Positions 23,020-37,931 are shown, counted from the first letter of the stretch. The stretch: 64,000 nucleotides of DNA from Octopus sinensis (GCF_006345805.1 NC_043002.1:75950001-76014000), one strand, 5' to 3'. A program made the numbers and translations. The notes: generated from the sequence alone by a model not told the origin.

Positions 23020-23400
23020 GGTGAGATTGTATTGAGCTGCGACCAACTAATACAATAATTACTGCTCACACTTATTGCCAACAATTAGAGCGTTTGGATG
23101 CTGCTTTGAAGAAAAAATGCTTTCTTTTTGCGAATCGTAAGGAAGTGCTATTTCATCATGATAATGCCAGACCCCACATCAGAAAAAAATCAAGGAAACT
23201 GGCCGGGGGAAAAAAAAGAAAAAGATCCCTCACCCGCTTTCCTCTCCGGAACTTGCTATTTCTGTTAAATATTTGTTTCGAAGCTTAAAGAATCATTTAC
23301 ACGGATCATTCCTCAAAAGCACCAATGAAGTCGAAAGTGACCTCTCTTCCTTCTCCTCATCAAAACTAAAAGAGTTTTCGCCAATGGAATTAAAAAGTAA
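23020..23400 (+). mobile_element. mariner transposase fragment
   Basis: YCQQLERLDAALKKK..NRKEVLFHHDNARPH. Confidence 0.75.
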
Positions 23401-23423
23401 TCGATAACTGTCTTTTTCTCTTT

Positions 23424-23654
23424 TACTCTTTTACTTGTTTCAGTCATTTCACTGCGGCCATGCTGGAGCACCACTTTTAGTCAAGCAAATCAACCGGAGG
23501 ACTTATTCTTTGTAACCTAGTAATTATTCTATCGGACTCTTTTACCGAACCGCTAAGTTACGGGTGCGTAAACACACCACCATCGGTTGTCAAACGATGT
23601 TGGGGAGACAAACACCGACACACAAAACACACACACACATACACACACGTGTAT

Positions 23655-23718
<64 letters not shown>

Positions 23719-23742
23719 TATATAAATATATATATATAAATT

Positions 23743-23775
<33 letters not shown>

Positions 23776-24198
23776 ATATTATACTCTTTACTCTCTCTCT
23801 TTTTCCTTTTTACTTGTTTCAGTCATTTGACTGAGGCCATGCTGGAGCACCGCCTTTAGTCGAACAAATCGACCCCGGGACTTATTCTTTGTAAGCCCAG
23901 TACTTATTCTATCGGTCTCTTTTGCCGAACCGCTAAGTGACGGGGGCGTAAACACACCAGCATCGGTTGTCAAGCAATGCAAGGGGGACAAACACAGACA
24001 CACTAACACACGCACATACATATATATATATACATATATACGACAGACTTCTTTCAGTTTCCGTCTACCAAATCCACTCACAAGGCATTGGTCGGCCCGA
24101 GGCTATAGTAGAAGACACTTGCCGAAGGTGCCACGCAGTAGGACTGAACCCGGAACCATGTGGTTCGTAAGCAAGCTACTTACCACATACCCATTCCT
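23424..24198 (-). mobile_element. Two SINE family A copies (3' part 23424-23650; near-full 23800-24198)
   Basis: Family A tail. Head ..gtaagtagcttgcttacgaaccacatggttccgggttcagtcc. Confidence 0.88.
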
Positions 24199-24359
24199 GA
24201 TAGTAGTTATAAAAAGGGTGATTAAATTTTGATAAATGTAAGATTAAATCACTTTTATTCCATACCCCAAATTCGGACATTATTTATTGTGTGACATGAT
24301 ATATATGTGTGTATGTACGTGTGTGTGTGTATGTGTGTGCATGTGTGTGTATGTGTGTG

Positions 24360-24392
<33 letters not shown>

Positions 24393-24399
24393 TCTTTTA

Positions 24400-24795
24400 T
24401 TCTCTTAGTTGCTTCAGCGCTTTGAAATGTGTGAGTCAAACGAATCGACCGCAGGACTTATTCTTTTAAAGCCAAGCACTTATTCTATCCGCTTTTTCGT
24501 CGAATTGCCAAGTTACAGGAAACGTAAACACAACAACTCGGGTTGTCAAACAATGATGGTGGGACAAACCCAGATACAAAGACACACACGCATACATACG
24601 TACATATATGTGTGTGTATGTATGCGACGGGCTTCTTTCATTTTCCTTCAACCAATTCCACTTACGAGGGTTTGGTTGGCCCTGTGCTATAGTAGTAGAA
24701 AACACTTGTCCAAGGTGCCACGCAGTGAGTCTGAACCTGGAATCATGTGTTTAGGAAGCAAGTCTCTTATCACACAGCTATGACTGTACCTATAT
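24400..24795 (-). mobile_element. SINE family A, diverged
   Basis: Same head-core order; tail eroded. Confidence 0.75.
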
Positions 24796-25067
24796 GTATA
24801 GTCGTATATGTACTTATTTGCAGACGCAGACACGCAAACATACACACCACATGGGTACAGCACAGCTGTGTGATAGAGGCTTGCTTCCTAAACACGTGAT
24901 TCCAGTTCAGACTCACTGCGTGGTATGTATATATAATATTATATATATATATATATTATATTATATATACATATGTATATATATATATATATATATAATA
25001 TATATATATATATAATATATATATATATGTATTATATATATACATACATATGTATGTATGTATGTAT

Positions 25068-27432
25068 GATTGATTGATTGATTGATTGATTCTAGTTTCA
25101 GCTTATGAGCTGTGGCCATGCTGGGGCACCGCCATTTGGTGTTGCTACTTGGTTTCACTTCATGGAGGCTTTCTAGCAACTGCTATTTGGTGCATGAGAG
25201 AGTTCGATGCAGCTGCCCTCATCTGCCCCTCCTGCCGTGAAGTTGGTTCATCTGGGACACCTGACAGGAAGAGATCCAGCTTCATTTTAAACATCTGTAT
25301 CCACCCCATGCAGGTCTCTCAGGTTCTTCGGGAGGATATTGAAGAGCTGTGGGCCTCGGAAGCCCAGGCTATCACAGAATCTTGTCCTACATCTTGATGG
25401 CAGGTTTGGAGTCCTAGGCACCACGCAGTGGCGCCCAGTTCTGGCATTTGCGTAACTCTCGATGCCAAAGTTCAGGACACTTCCCTCCAGGATCTTCCAG
25501 ATGTATATTATGGCATATCTTTCCGCCTACGCTCCAGGGAATATAATTTTAATCTCTTGAGTCTTTCCCAGTAGCTTACATTCTGCATAGAGGCTATCTT
25601 CTTTGTGTAGCTTCGTTGGATCGCCTCAAGTTCTGTGATCAACTTGACACTGGATGGTGACCATAGCTGAGAGCAATAGTCAAAGTGGCTTAGGACAAGT
25701 GTCTTCCAGAGGACCATCATGGTTTCTTGTTCTCTTGTTCTAAAGGTTCTAAGAATCCATCCAGCCAGCCGTCTACATTTCATTGTCAGTTTAGCAACAT
25801 GTACATGAAAGGTCGCGTCATCACTCATGTGAATACCCAGGTCACGCACTGATTGTGCCTCTGGGATTGCAATCCCTCCGGGTCCAGTGTATTCATTGGG
25901 TATTGCATTCAGTTTTGCATGCTGATAGTATAAAGCTTGAAACTTTCCAGCATTGAACTGCATGCTATTCTTTTCAGCCCACTTGTATATTTCGTCCAGC
26001 TCACATTGCAGGTGTTTAGTGTCCTCAGGGTTCTGTATTGCCTGTGAAACTTTTGTATCATCTGCATAACTTGTGATCGTGGCTCTCTGCGTGGCTGAGG
26101 GCATGTCTGAGAAGGCCATTATGAACAGTAGTGGTCCCAGAACAGTGCCCTGCGGAACACCGCTCACTATTTGTGTGTTAATGGAGGTGGCCCATTGGCT
26201 ACTACCACCTGACTTCTATCCTTCAGAAAGTCATGAAGCCATTCTCCCAGTTTTCCAACTATGTTGAGATCACGCAGTTTGTGACATATCATTCCATGAT
26301 CGACTTTATCAAAGGCCTTTGCAAAGTCGAGATATATCACTTCCACATTTGAGTGGTTGAGCAGCCGTTTCAGCACCCACAGTCATAGTGTTGTAGGAGC
26401 TGAGTTAAACAGCTTCTCCCTGGTCGGAAACCATGTTGGGTGTCGGGCAGCAAGTCATTCTCTTCAAGGAAGGTGATCAGCTTCCTTCTGACTATTCGTT
26501 CCATGACCTTGCTGATGTGTGAGGTCAGAGAGATAGGTCTATAGTTCTTGGCTTCCGCTCTGCTACCTCCTTTATGAATGGGGCATATTTTACCTTCCTT
26601 CAGTTTTCCTGGAAGTTTGCCAGCTGCAAGGAAGCTCTGAAAGAGGAACTGCAGTGGTCTTGCTAGGACTCTCTTACATGCTTTTAGGAGGATTGCCGGG
26701 AATCCATCGGGGCCAGTAGCTGAGTCTGTTTTCATTTCATCTATAGCCTTGGTTACATCGTCTTCCTTTATATCGATGTAATCTATCGTCGCCGCCTCTG
26801 ATTTTATATCTGCAGTGGTAAAAAAGTCAGTTGGATTGGTGATTTGGAGATGCCCAGGGGTGGAGTGAAAACACTCTTGAATTGCTCATTCAGTATTTCA
26901 CTTACCCTCATTGGTTTTCCTGTAAGTGTGCCATCCTTTTCGAGGAGTGGCCCTATTCTACAGTGCACTGTAGCTGTTTCTTTGGCATACCTGTAGAAAG
27001 CTCTGGGGTTAGATTTTATGTTTTCTATAGCCCAGGCTTCTTGTCTGCTCTTTCTTTTTCATGGGAGAGTTGCAGACATTTTTCGATTTCCAACAGTTTT
27101 ATTTTTAGGCGGGACTTTTCACTGCTTTCAATCTTGTTTGTTTAGGCGATTTGAAAATTTCGTACGCCGTCTCATTAAAATTTTCCTCTCTCTGGGGATT
27201 TTGTTCTTGTGTACAGTGGCCTTTCTCTCTGGGACACATTTGTAGCATATGGCTTGCATTACAGACATGAATTGTTGAAGTTTCACGTCGATGTCTGGCG
27301 AGGAGAGACATTTAGGCCAGTTTTGTTTGAGGATCTCTTTCTCAATTTGTTTCCAGTTTGCCTTATGGTAGTTCAAGCTGGAAAGATTTTGTGGGTTTCT
27401 TGTAGGCTGCATGTCCGTGCTCTCTTTTGGCA
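25068..27432 (-). mobile_element. CR1-clade LINE, 5'-truncated, frameshifted RT
   Basis: SATGPDGFP..YRPISLTSHISKVMER..QHGFRPGRSC, YLDFAKAFDKVDH, GVPQGTVLGPLLF, YADD. 3' UTR hairpin CAGCT-cata-AGCTG, (AATC)n tail, (TATG)n at both ends. Confidence 0.92.
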
Positions 27433-28070
27433 CGTATGTATGTAGGAATTTTATTTTTGCAAGTGCGTATCTATATATTAAGATTTTCGTCGAATTTATA
27501 CAAACGATGAGTGAAAAAAACGTGTTTATCAGTCAACATACGGAATCTTTACGTGGTGTAATTAAATATGTACAGTAAACTTATATATATATATTTCTAT
27601 GCACACTGTTATTATGCATGTAAGTGCGTAAGGATGTTTTCGTGCGCCTGCGTGTCTGTGATTGTATGTGCGTTTGCGTGCGCATGCGCAGAGCTTTAGT
27701 TGAGTTTACCCATAAAATCCCTTTTACGTATTATATATTTAGGCAAACACACACACACACACACACCTATTTACCAACATGAATTTACGTATGCGTGTGC
27801 GTATAAGCAAAGTACATGTATAAAATATGTATGTTATATACGAGCTTGTTATGTATTCCATTGCAAAAGTATATATATGAACGGTTACTATGTTCGAGTA
27901 TTTATATGTGCGTACTTATGTATACATACGCAGGAGTATATAGAGTTTTATATATATATCAGTGTATGTGTATATGAATATATACATAAATGTATGTATA
28001 ATATAAGTAAAGTGTGTGTGTGTATACATACCCGCACATATGTGTATCTATATATATATATATATATATT

Positions 28071-28155
<85 letters not shown>

Positions 28156-29249
28156 GCGTTAAAGTATGTATGTGTGCTTGGGTATGCGTATGAAAAATGA
28201 AAACAAACCTACGTAAACAAAAATTATCAAACACAACAGATGAAAGAGAAGAATTTTCCTTTATTTTACGTTTTTCTTCTTCTTTATTATATTCTATATG
28301 TTTTTTGTTTTATTTCTTTAGATTTTTTCATTATTATTTTGTTATTCTTTTACTCAAAAATCGATATACAACATACCCAAAGATTAATAAACATGGAAGC
28401 AACGAAGTCTATGAATGAAGTCGATAATACCCAGTAAATAGTTGAACCATTAACAACTGATAATATGTCAAACAAGAAAATATTAAACTGGTATTTGCCT
28501 ATACTGGTTGTGTTTCTGTGCTGGTTGCTGTCCTTGTTATTGTTACGGTGGAGGTAGTGATGTTGGTTTCGGTTTTAGTAAAGCGCTAATGTTACAGATG
28601 ATAGTGATGAGGATGTACTGTGTGCAGAAGGGGCTGCTTGTTGTTGCAGGGTCGTTTCTAACACTGTTTAATCTTGCATTAACAGAAACCTTTAAAACGA
28701 TGTAAATCAAGCGTAATTAGCCAATCTATCTTAAGTTTTTTTTCCGTTTTCATTTTATTTTTACCTCTCCACATTGATTAATATATCATGTTATTGTTTA
28801 TAATTTTAAAGGCGAATTGTAGTAGTCGTCGTGGTAGTGGTGGTGGTGGTAGTGGTGGCAGCAGTTGTAGAAGTTGTTGTTGTTATTGTTGCTGTTTAAG
28901 TTTAACTACGGATCGGCTATAATCCATGAAGACCAAGGATTAAAGGATGTAATTATGTCATGCGACGAATGTGTGGTTACGAATTTCGTCGTAAATGCGG
29001 ATCCAATCTATTGCAGTATAATATTTCGTGCATGTGTGTGTGTGTGTCTGTGCGTGTGTGCATTTGTGAGCGTGTGCGTATGCGCACGTGTGTGAGTGCG
29101 TGTGTGCGTATATGTGTGAGCGTGTGCGTATGTGCGTACGTGTGTGCACGCGTGTGTGTGCGTGCGTGCGTGTCTGTGTAAGCATGTATGTGTGTATTAT
29201 ATTGGTGGTACACTGAATAAGGGAGACACCTGACCTTTTGCCATATTAA

Positions 29250-29905
29250 TTTCAAACTTTGGTACTAGGCCAGCAATTTCGAGGGAGCAATTTCGATTAC
29301 ATTGACCCCGAAAGTACGAAAGGTGAAGACGACCTCAGCAGAATTTGAACTCAGAACGTGAAGACGAACGAAATGCCGCTATGCATTTTGCCCTGCGAAG
29401 TAACGATTCTGCAAATAAGGTGGTGAGCTAGCAGAATCGTTTGCACACCAGGCGAAATGCTTAGCGGTGTTTCGTCTGCCCTTACGTTCTGAGTTCAAAT
29501 TCCGCCGAAGTCGACTTTGCCTTTCAAACTTTCGGGGTCAATAAATTAAGTACCAGTTACGCACTGGGCTTGACGTAATCGACTTAATCCGTTTTTCTGT
29601 CTTTGTTTGTCCCCTCTATGTTTAGCCCCTTGTGGGCAATAAAAAATAAGTAACGATTCTGCAAACTCATCCCCTTAATCGCTTAAAATATTGGTTTCAA
29701 ATTTTGGCACAAGCCCAGCAATTTCAGAGGAAGGGGTAAGTCGATTATTTTATCCCTAGTGCTCAGCTGGTTCTTATTTTAACGACACCGATAGGATGAA
29801 AGGCAAAAATCGACTTCGGCGGAATTTGGACTCAGAACCTGGGGATGTATGAAATGCCGTCAAACATTCTGCCCGGCGCGGTAAAGATTCTGCGAGCTCG
29901 CTGCC
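29250..29905. mobile_element. Cluster of three SINE family B copies (-, +, -)
   Basis: Cores at ~29250-29415 (-), 29418-29650 (+) and 29690-29905 (-). Confidence 0.8.
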
Positions 29906-31248
29906 TCTACCTCTTGAATTATTAACACCAACTTTATATCATAATACATATCACCTGAAGCATTAATTAATTCCAAGGGAGTAAACGTATATACACCGAT
30001 TTCAAAACACACAGACGCATACACATACTTTAACACGTATAGTATCACACACACATACACATACATACGAACACAAACATCTGAAAAATATGTTTTCATT
30101 CGTCGAAGTTATATTTTATGTAGAAAGCGATTCTACACGCTATTCAAATGAGCCTCCGCGGAACTTTAGTAGGTTTATACATATTTTGTCGAATATTCTC
30201 ATAAAATGTCTTTATGCAAGTATCTAGATCGTTCAGTTAATTTTGCAAATATGATAATATGCACATTGAATTACAGTAAAAATCGAACGTATTATCAGAT
30301 ATGTGCAACGATACAATGTAGGTGTTAATTTTTTGTAGCTAAGTTTTCTTTCTTGACTGACACGATGGATGCTGCGATTCATTCATACAGTGAAACGTTA
30401 CATAAAATAAGCTAATTCTGGTACATCCATGATCGTTTATCACCGATTCACTCATCAATGATCTAGTATATCACGGTACACTAATTGTAAATCGTGTTAT
30501 GTTCATCATGAACCGATGAACTGATCTGTGAATTGATCTTCTTGGGCTGCAAAAGTAACGCCCCAACGATCACCTAAAACACTCAAGACAACTTGGGGTG
30601 TTGGATCGAAACCTTTTTTCTCATAAGTTCTATCATTATTTTATCACTGACTCATTTGACACTGTTTTGTTTTTCGAACTAAACACCCGTGATAAACGAG
30701 TATGTATAACGTATGGATATGACAAAATGAAAATAAGGCACTTCCTAACGAGCGCTATGAAAAAGCTTTGTTTTCAGCGGATGACATACTGAATATTGCG
30801 AACAACAAAACACTGCATAAATCAGCAAAACAAAGTTTAAAAAAAGACATATATAGAAAAGACATTTATTAAAAAAGAAAGAGAAAACTTTTTGTTCACT
30901 TGAGAGTTCTTAGCTGACGTTGGACGAATTTCATGCGACATGATCTAAGGTTGTCTGCTGAATTACTTGTGGTTGGTCGCATACTAAAACCGATTTTGGA
31001 ACTCTGGCAACGGCAGGTGGAATTACAAATGTTACAAAGTTCTATGAAGTGTTAGGGAGCTACTTCTTAGAAGAACTGTGTTGATACATCGTGGTTGGGA
31101 AAGACTTTTAGAAGAGCTGTGAGAACTTGCAGCTAAGAACGTTGGTTTTCGGGAAAAATATACTTAATTTGTAATACAATGAGAACTGACAATGAACATT
31201 TCGAGAATATTGTTCTATCGTAGCCTGTGCATATTTATACATACAAAG

Positions 31249-31289
<41 letters not shown>

Positions 31290-31299
31290 ACTCAATCAT

Positions 31300-31860
31300 C
31301 CTAAAAGGAGCCGATAATGATAGCAATCATGACACTATCTTCTGATGGAATTTTAGGTTTGTTCAAAAGTCTTTTGGCTCTGATTAAATGGTTTTCTTTT
31401 TTTTTTCTTACATGAATTGACCTCTCCTCATCACGTAAGATGTCTTCATGCACAACGTTTCTTATTGTTTTCTCTGACACACGAAATTCTTTTGCAGTTG
31501 ACTTCATTGATTTTCTTGGATTGTCTTCAATGCTTTGCTTAACTTCCTGAATAAATTCCGGTGTCCTGATAGAATCAGAGCGTTTGGAATGTTTTTTTTT
31601 TACGTTTTGATAAAAGTAATACGCTTCCATCTTTCTCTAACTCATACCGAATCTTGTGGACAAAAGTCCTTGCAACTTTCAGAAAACGAGAAATTTCTAA
31701 ATAACCATGCTTAGCCTTCAAAGCCAGTCATAGCATGCTATTTTATTTCATTAGTAAACATAGGGCATGTGATTGTTATTTTCTGAAATGGAAGTTCAAT
31801 AAAAATTAGTCAAATATATAATAACTAAAAATGCATCTGTCCTCAAATACCGTCCGCACC

Positions 31861-31863
<3 letters not shown>
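31300..31863 (-). mobile_element. maT-family 5' fragment (TIR + HTH region)
   Basis: TA|catggtgcggacggtatttgaggacag resembles the TIR at 1364. KKHSKRSDSIRTPEFIQEVKQSIEDNPRKSMKSTAKEFRVSEKTIR is homologous to the 1.4-2.6 kb element. Confidence 0.8.
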
Positions 31864-31896
<33 letters not shown>

Positions 31897-32224
31897 TGTG
31901 CGGCCTCAGGTTTTATTTGGGAGATTTCCTTCTTCTAGGTAGATTAACAACCAAGGTTAAAGAACTCCTACCTGCCCATGAGGTAAGCTATCCCGTGCCA
32001 GATACCAAACCAACACCCAAACGCTCTATGAAGTGATCAAATATCATTCCGGTGTCCGACATGGGATAGCTCATTCATACATTAAAAAAAAAAAGAAACG
32101 TAAGACATGCGATTTAAAAATATAAATAACATTTAAATATAAATAATATAAAATATATATAAGTAAAAATGTAGATATAAGAATATATAAAAAATTGATA
32201 TATACATATTTACACATATTTTTT

Positions 32225-34395
32225 GGATAGCTGTTGACTGCTCATGATTTCCAAAATATTCTTCAAAAACCTTCCAAAATCTTCTTCAATAGCTCCAGTG
32301 AGAATAGTAAATGGAAGATTGCCTCTGACTAACACCGCTTCTATTCATAAGTGCTGTGTAGAACATTTTTCTGCACTTTTGAATGGACCATCATTTACTG
32401 ACATGAGGATGATAGAAAAAGTCGAACACCTTACAGCTATAGAGGAGATGGCATTTGAACCAACGCTAAATGACATTTATTTAGCTGTGAATAAGCTGAA
32501 TAACAATAAGTCTCCAGAATCTGATGGAATCTGTGCAGAAGTCTTGAAATATGGGAGTGACAAAATGTTTGAATTCTTAAATGTATTAATTTGTCACTGT
32601 TGGAGAACTGAGAAAGTGCGTCAAGACTGGATTGATGCCATTTTAGTCTCCTTGTATAAATCGGGGCCAAAGGATCTGTGTGGTTATTTTCGTGGGATTT
32701 TGTTTTTGTATGTAGTTGGAAAGGTACTTGCCCGCATTCTGTTAGAACGTTTAAATACCTTCATAGTTCAAGATATGGTGTCTGAGTCTTAATGTAGTTT
32801 TTACTCCTCCAGAGGCACAGTTAATTGTATCTTTACTGCCAGATAATTGCAAGTAAAGTGAATCTTATCCTATACTATTGCTTTGTTGATATGAGTAAAG
32901 CATTCGATACTGTTAATCGAAATTCTCTGTGATTAATTCTAAGGAAAATAGGTTGCCCAGAAAAATTTGTACACATGATCAGGGCTTTGCATCAAGATAT
33001 GAAAGCTTGAGTTAATTTTGGTGGTAGGCTCTCTGAATCTTTGGCCGTGGAAAATAGAGTAAAGCAAGGAAACCTTGATGCACCCACCTTATTTGCAATA
33101 TCCTTTGCCGTTGTGCTGTCACACGCTTTTCAAAACTCCGAGGAGGGTATCTATATAAAATATCGAGCAACAGGGGAAGTTTCTTAATCTCACCAGACTC
33201 TTATCCGTAGACGATTGTGATCTAGACAGTCATTCTGAAACAGGTCTGCAATTTATTGTATCTGCATTTGACTCAGCGTGTGATGATATTGGGTTTGACC
33301 ATCAACTTGAAAAGAAAAAACATCAGTTGTAATGTATCAACCCCGCTAAAAGTTTTGTTAAGGGTAAGTTAGTTGAGGTTATTGATTCTTTCATCTACTT
33401 CGGAAGCTCTGTGCAAAATTATGGAAATCTGGATACATAAATACATCTGCGAATTCAAAGGGCAGCACAAGCATTTGGTGTTTTGTAGTCACGCATTTGG
33501 CACTAACGATATATAAATAAAACAAAATTGGCTCTTTACACATCGTTTGTCTTATCATCCCTGTTAAATTCTTCTGAAATATGGACATGTTATGAAAGAC
33601 ATTTCAAATTGTTAGAACAATTCCATCAAAAATGCCTTCATTGCATTTTAAACATTAAATGGAGTTTTTTTATGCCATGCACGGACGTCCTTGCATCTGC
33701 AGGCATCACTTCAATTAAAGTAAAGATTCTGAAAAAACAAATGGGATGGTCTGGCCATATTATTCGAATGGCGGATGAACGCACACTCAAACAACTGTAT
33801 TATGGTGAGCTTGCAGAGGGGAAACGCTATTGGTGTAAACCTAAAAAGAGGTTTAAGGACGGTATAAGCACTACAACGAAGTCACTTGTGATGGATCCAG
33901 GGGACATAGAAACCTTTGCTTCGGATCGAGCTGGATGGCGAACAAAAGTGTGGAGTGGAGCGAAAGCGTTTGAAGAGGCCAGGATAACGCATGCAAGATT
34001 CAAAAGAGATTTAATGGAGAATATTACGATCCAGAAGGTGAAGCGCAATGACGTATTATGTGCACAGTTTGTGACAGACCAGGCCTTTCTTTTGCTGGGC
34101 TCAAATCTCATTTGCGGACTCATGAAAAAGGAACTTCCACCAACTATCACGCCTTTCAATGCCATGTATCCCATAATGTCTGCAAATCTAACGGAGATCT
34201 CAAAAGACATTTTAAGATCCTCAAAGATCAGAACTTAACTGCAGCTCTTGATGGTTCAATTCGGATATGCAATCTATGTGGGTGTCTTTTCGATATATTG
34301 TCTGGTTTAAAAAGCTACATCAGACGCTATGATAGATCTAAAGTGTATGTACAAGAGGTGGTCAGACTTCGCATAAGGAGTGGACAACCACCATA
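32225..34395 (+). mobile_element. RTE-clade LINE, 5'-truncated and degenerate, with C-terminal C2H2 fingers
   Basis: KSPESDGICAEVLK, DWIDAILVSLYK, FRGI..VGKVLARILLERL, remnant DDC, RHFKLLEQFHQKCL..W.GHIIRMADERTLKQLYYGEL; CTVCDR..LKSHLRTH etc. Confidence 0.9.
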
Positions 34396-35149
34396 TATAC
34401 ATGCATGGAAATATAAATATACAAAACAGGTGTACACGAAGTACAATCATCGCTAGAAATAGCAGCCGGTAAGTTTACGGTGCTGTGTAGAGCTTCATCG
34501 AATATTTGCAGCAATGATCGTACTTCGTGCACACCTGGTTTATAATTCAAAAGAATACAAAAGAATACAAAACAGTTATTCCATACCGGAGAAACTCACT
34601 TCGCATTAAAAAAAAAACTTTTTAATTACTCGTATATCATCATTAGCAATATTTGCTCGCTCCTCCTTCGAATCAGTCAGGAACAAAGCACGATCTGTCT
34701 ACTGTCTGCACTCACACGGTTCCATATCCCGTTACAATCCATCATGTTTCAATATGTAGGCAAGAACTGACGTCAATGTCATTGTATTAATAAAACTATT
34801 ATTACGATTTTCATATAGATAAACTCAATCGCCATATTGTTGTAAACTACAGCTGGTGAAAGAGAATATGCAGTGTTTTCAAGAAGCCGGAATGTCTCCA
34901 GAAAATATGTGAACAGCTAAAGTAATAGTAAAACTGTGTTAGATATTATGCTCTTGTATAAAGTCTAGCTGATTTATGATACCCATTTTCCATGATGTAG
35001 TCTCTTTGTAAAGATATAAACACATTTGTATGATTAATTCCAGGAAAATTACGTTATTGGCCTTACATACGTACATACATACATGCATACATGCATACAT
35101 ACATACATACATACATATATACATACATACATACATACATACATTATTT

Positions 35150-35476
35150 TGACTTTGACTCCGCCGGTTACGACGACGAGGGTCCCAGCTGATACGATCA
35201 ACGGAACAGCTTGCTCGTGAAATTAACGTGCAAATGGCTGAGCATTCCACAGACACGTGTACCCTTAACGTAGTTCTCGGGGATAATCAGCGTGACACAG
35301 AGAGTGACAAGGCTGACCCTTTGAAATACAAGTACAACTCATTTTTGCCAGCTGAGTGGACTGGAGCAACGTGAAATAAAGAGTCTTGCTCAAGGACACA
35401 ACGCGTCGCCGGGAATCGAACTCACAACCTCACGATCATGAGCCGAATGCCCTAACCACTAAGCCACGCGCCCTCA
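35150..35476 (-). mobile_element. tRNA-derived SINE family C
   Basis: A box TGGCTTAGTGG, B box GTTCGATTCC, core gtgtccttgagcaagac..gctccagtccactcagctg. Confidence 0.85.
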
Positions 35477-35498
35477 CATACATACATACATACATACA

Positions 35499-35532
<34 letters not shown>

Positions 35533-37540
35533 CAAAAGCTATGCATTAGCCTCGCAACAGTATGGCTTGATTTTAGGGAGACATTCAGATCTATTCCCCA
35601 CTCATGGCTGCTGAAGAGTCCAGATTTGGCAAAAGTGTCTGCTACCTTAATTGCTGCCATTGAGTGGCTCACAAAGACCTGGGCAACAATTCTTACACTT
35701 AGAACTGAGAGCTATACGATCGTCTGCAATGTTATAAATATTTCAAAGGGAATATTTCAAGGAGATAGTATTTCTGCAATTCTGATAATTTCGGCATTAA
35801 ATCCATTATAATTCCTGATACAAAAATCAATTGGCTTCGTGCATGGGTCTTCAACTGTTACATATATTGATGTGAGCCATTTCATTCTGGATGACTTCAA
35901 GATTTGTGCTAAAAATGTTCACAATGCCAAAATAAGAGTTGGAATTAGTAGCAACATTTTCAGCTGACATAGGAATAGAATTTGCCCAAGATAAAGGTTT
36001 ATATTTGGTTTTGAACGTGAAAAATCAGTCCCTCAGACTCCAAATATGTGCACCAATAATCTCACTATCTTTCTTGCTCCACAAAAAGACTACCACAAGC
36101 ACCTAGGCATTGATGGAAACATATCATACGAAGGTACGGCGAATAAAAATAGAATGACCTTAGAATATTATGCCAGACTTAGAAAACTATGGCAACCGAA
36201 ACTCGCCTCTTACAATAAGACAATATTTCACAATGCGTTTGCAGTATAAATGCTGATTCCAACATTTGTTGAGATATTTGACTTGTTTGTAGAGGAAAAC
36301 CACTCCACAGACGTTAGAATCCACAAGATACCGACACCAACTGGAAATCTCCAATGAAATAGTGATATCGACAGGCTCCGCATAGAAAGTGATGAAACGG
36401 GTAGAGGTTTGAGGTCAGTATATACAGCCTTCGAATGTTGTATAGTCTCTCATAGACATAACTTTCTAAACAACAATAAAAATAGTGCTGAATAGTGAAG
36501 AGAACATCCTACGTGTAGGCAATGAGCTCCACAGTAAGCACCCTCTTGCTGATGACCTCTCATACAACTCCAAACCAGCCGAACTTGCACACCTCAAAGA
36601 AGACCTGGATGTGAAAGGCTCAGCATACTACAATAGACTAAGCTTGGGTATATTTCCCGAAAACTTGAAAAAGGCAGTAATATCAAAACGAAGTGTAGTT
36701 TCTGTTGGACCCGTGTCCACTACATCATATCTCAGTTCGAAGGTTATGCATTCGCGATCCAAGGACAAGAGATTACTTCCAAACACCTAATAAACAAAAT
36801 AGATAGTGGAGTCCTTGGAGCTCCTCGACGCAACCGAAAATATGTGGGTTATATCATATTTCTGTGGAAGACAGCACACATGTGATTAGAAACTCTCCAA
36901 AAATGTCATCGAGCTAATACCTTCCTATGCAATATGTCATTGTCTAAAAAACAATATACTATGCCATTTGTCAAAAATGACTGTCCTAGAATAAATATAG
37001 AGAATCCCCCTACTATTGAATACATACGCAAACATCAACACAGGGAATACTGGGGGTTCATTCCCATAAAAATATCTGACACGTGTAAACATAGCATCCT
37101 GGATATTGTCGCTTGGGAGAGAGAAGGAAATGTATGTAACCTCATAGAGGTTAGATGTCATGCCGTTGTGAATGTCTCTTTGGAAATCAAAGAGAAATAG
37201 GAAAACTGGACAACTGCTTCGAAATCTCCAGTTTCTGAATCCAGTTTATCAATTCACATTTATACCAACAGTAGTAAGTGGTTCCCTCGGTTTTGTGAGT
37301 AAGTGCGTACATGACAATTTGGATAAGCTAGGGTTCCCAGAAAAAGAAATCAATTAACTAACTCGTATATTAAATATGCATTCTGTCAGTGGAAGAGTAA
37401 TAATATGCAAAAACTTTTCCCAAGTTCAAAATGTGAATTTGTTTTTGTTGACTACCTTACAACGACGGAGAGTTGAACCTTTGTTAGAAACCAACTCCTT
37501 CCACAAAGGAAAAATTTCAATAATTAAAAACTTAAGAGAA
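35533..37540 (+). mobile_element. R4/Dong-type non-LTR element (RT + restriction-like endonuclease), 5'-truncated, decayed
   Basis: WLDFRETFRSIPHSWL..KGIFQGDSIS..ALNPL; C-terminal CKHSILDIVAWE..CNLIEV..; FIPTVVSGSLGFV. (CATA)n on both sides. Confidence 0.8.
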
Positions 37541-37813
37541 CATACATACATATATTCACACATACATACATACATACATACATACATACATACATACATA
37601 CATACATACATACATACATACATACATACATGCGTACGTACATACATACACACACATATACATACATACATACACACATAAAGGCATGGCCTCAGCCTCT
37701 GCCTGAAATCCGTTAAAGATAAAAGATACGTATGTAAGTATGTATGTATATAGATGCATACATATATATATATATATATAATATATATTATATATATATA
37801 TATTATATATATA

Positions 37814-37856
<43 letters not shown>

Positions 37857-37931
37857 ATATATTAATATATATATATATATATGTATATGTATATATACTA
37901 TATATATATATATATATATGTATGTAGCTAT

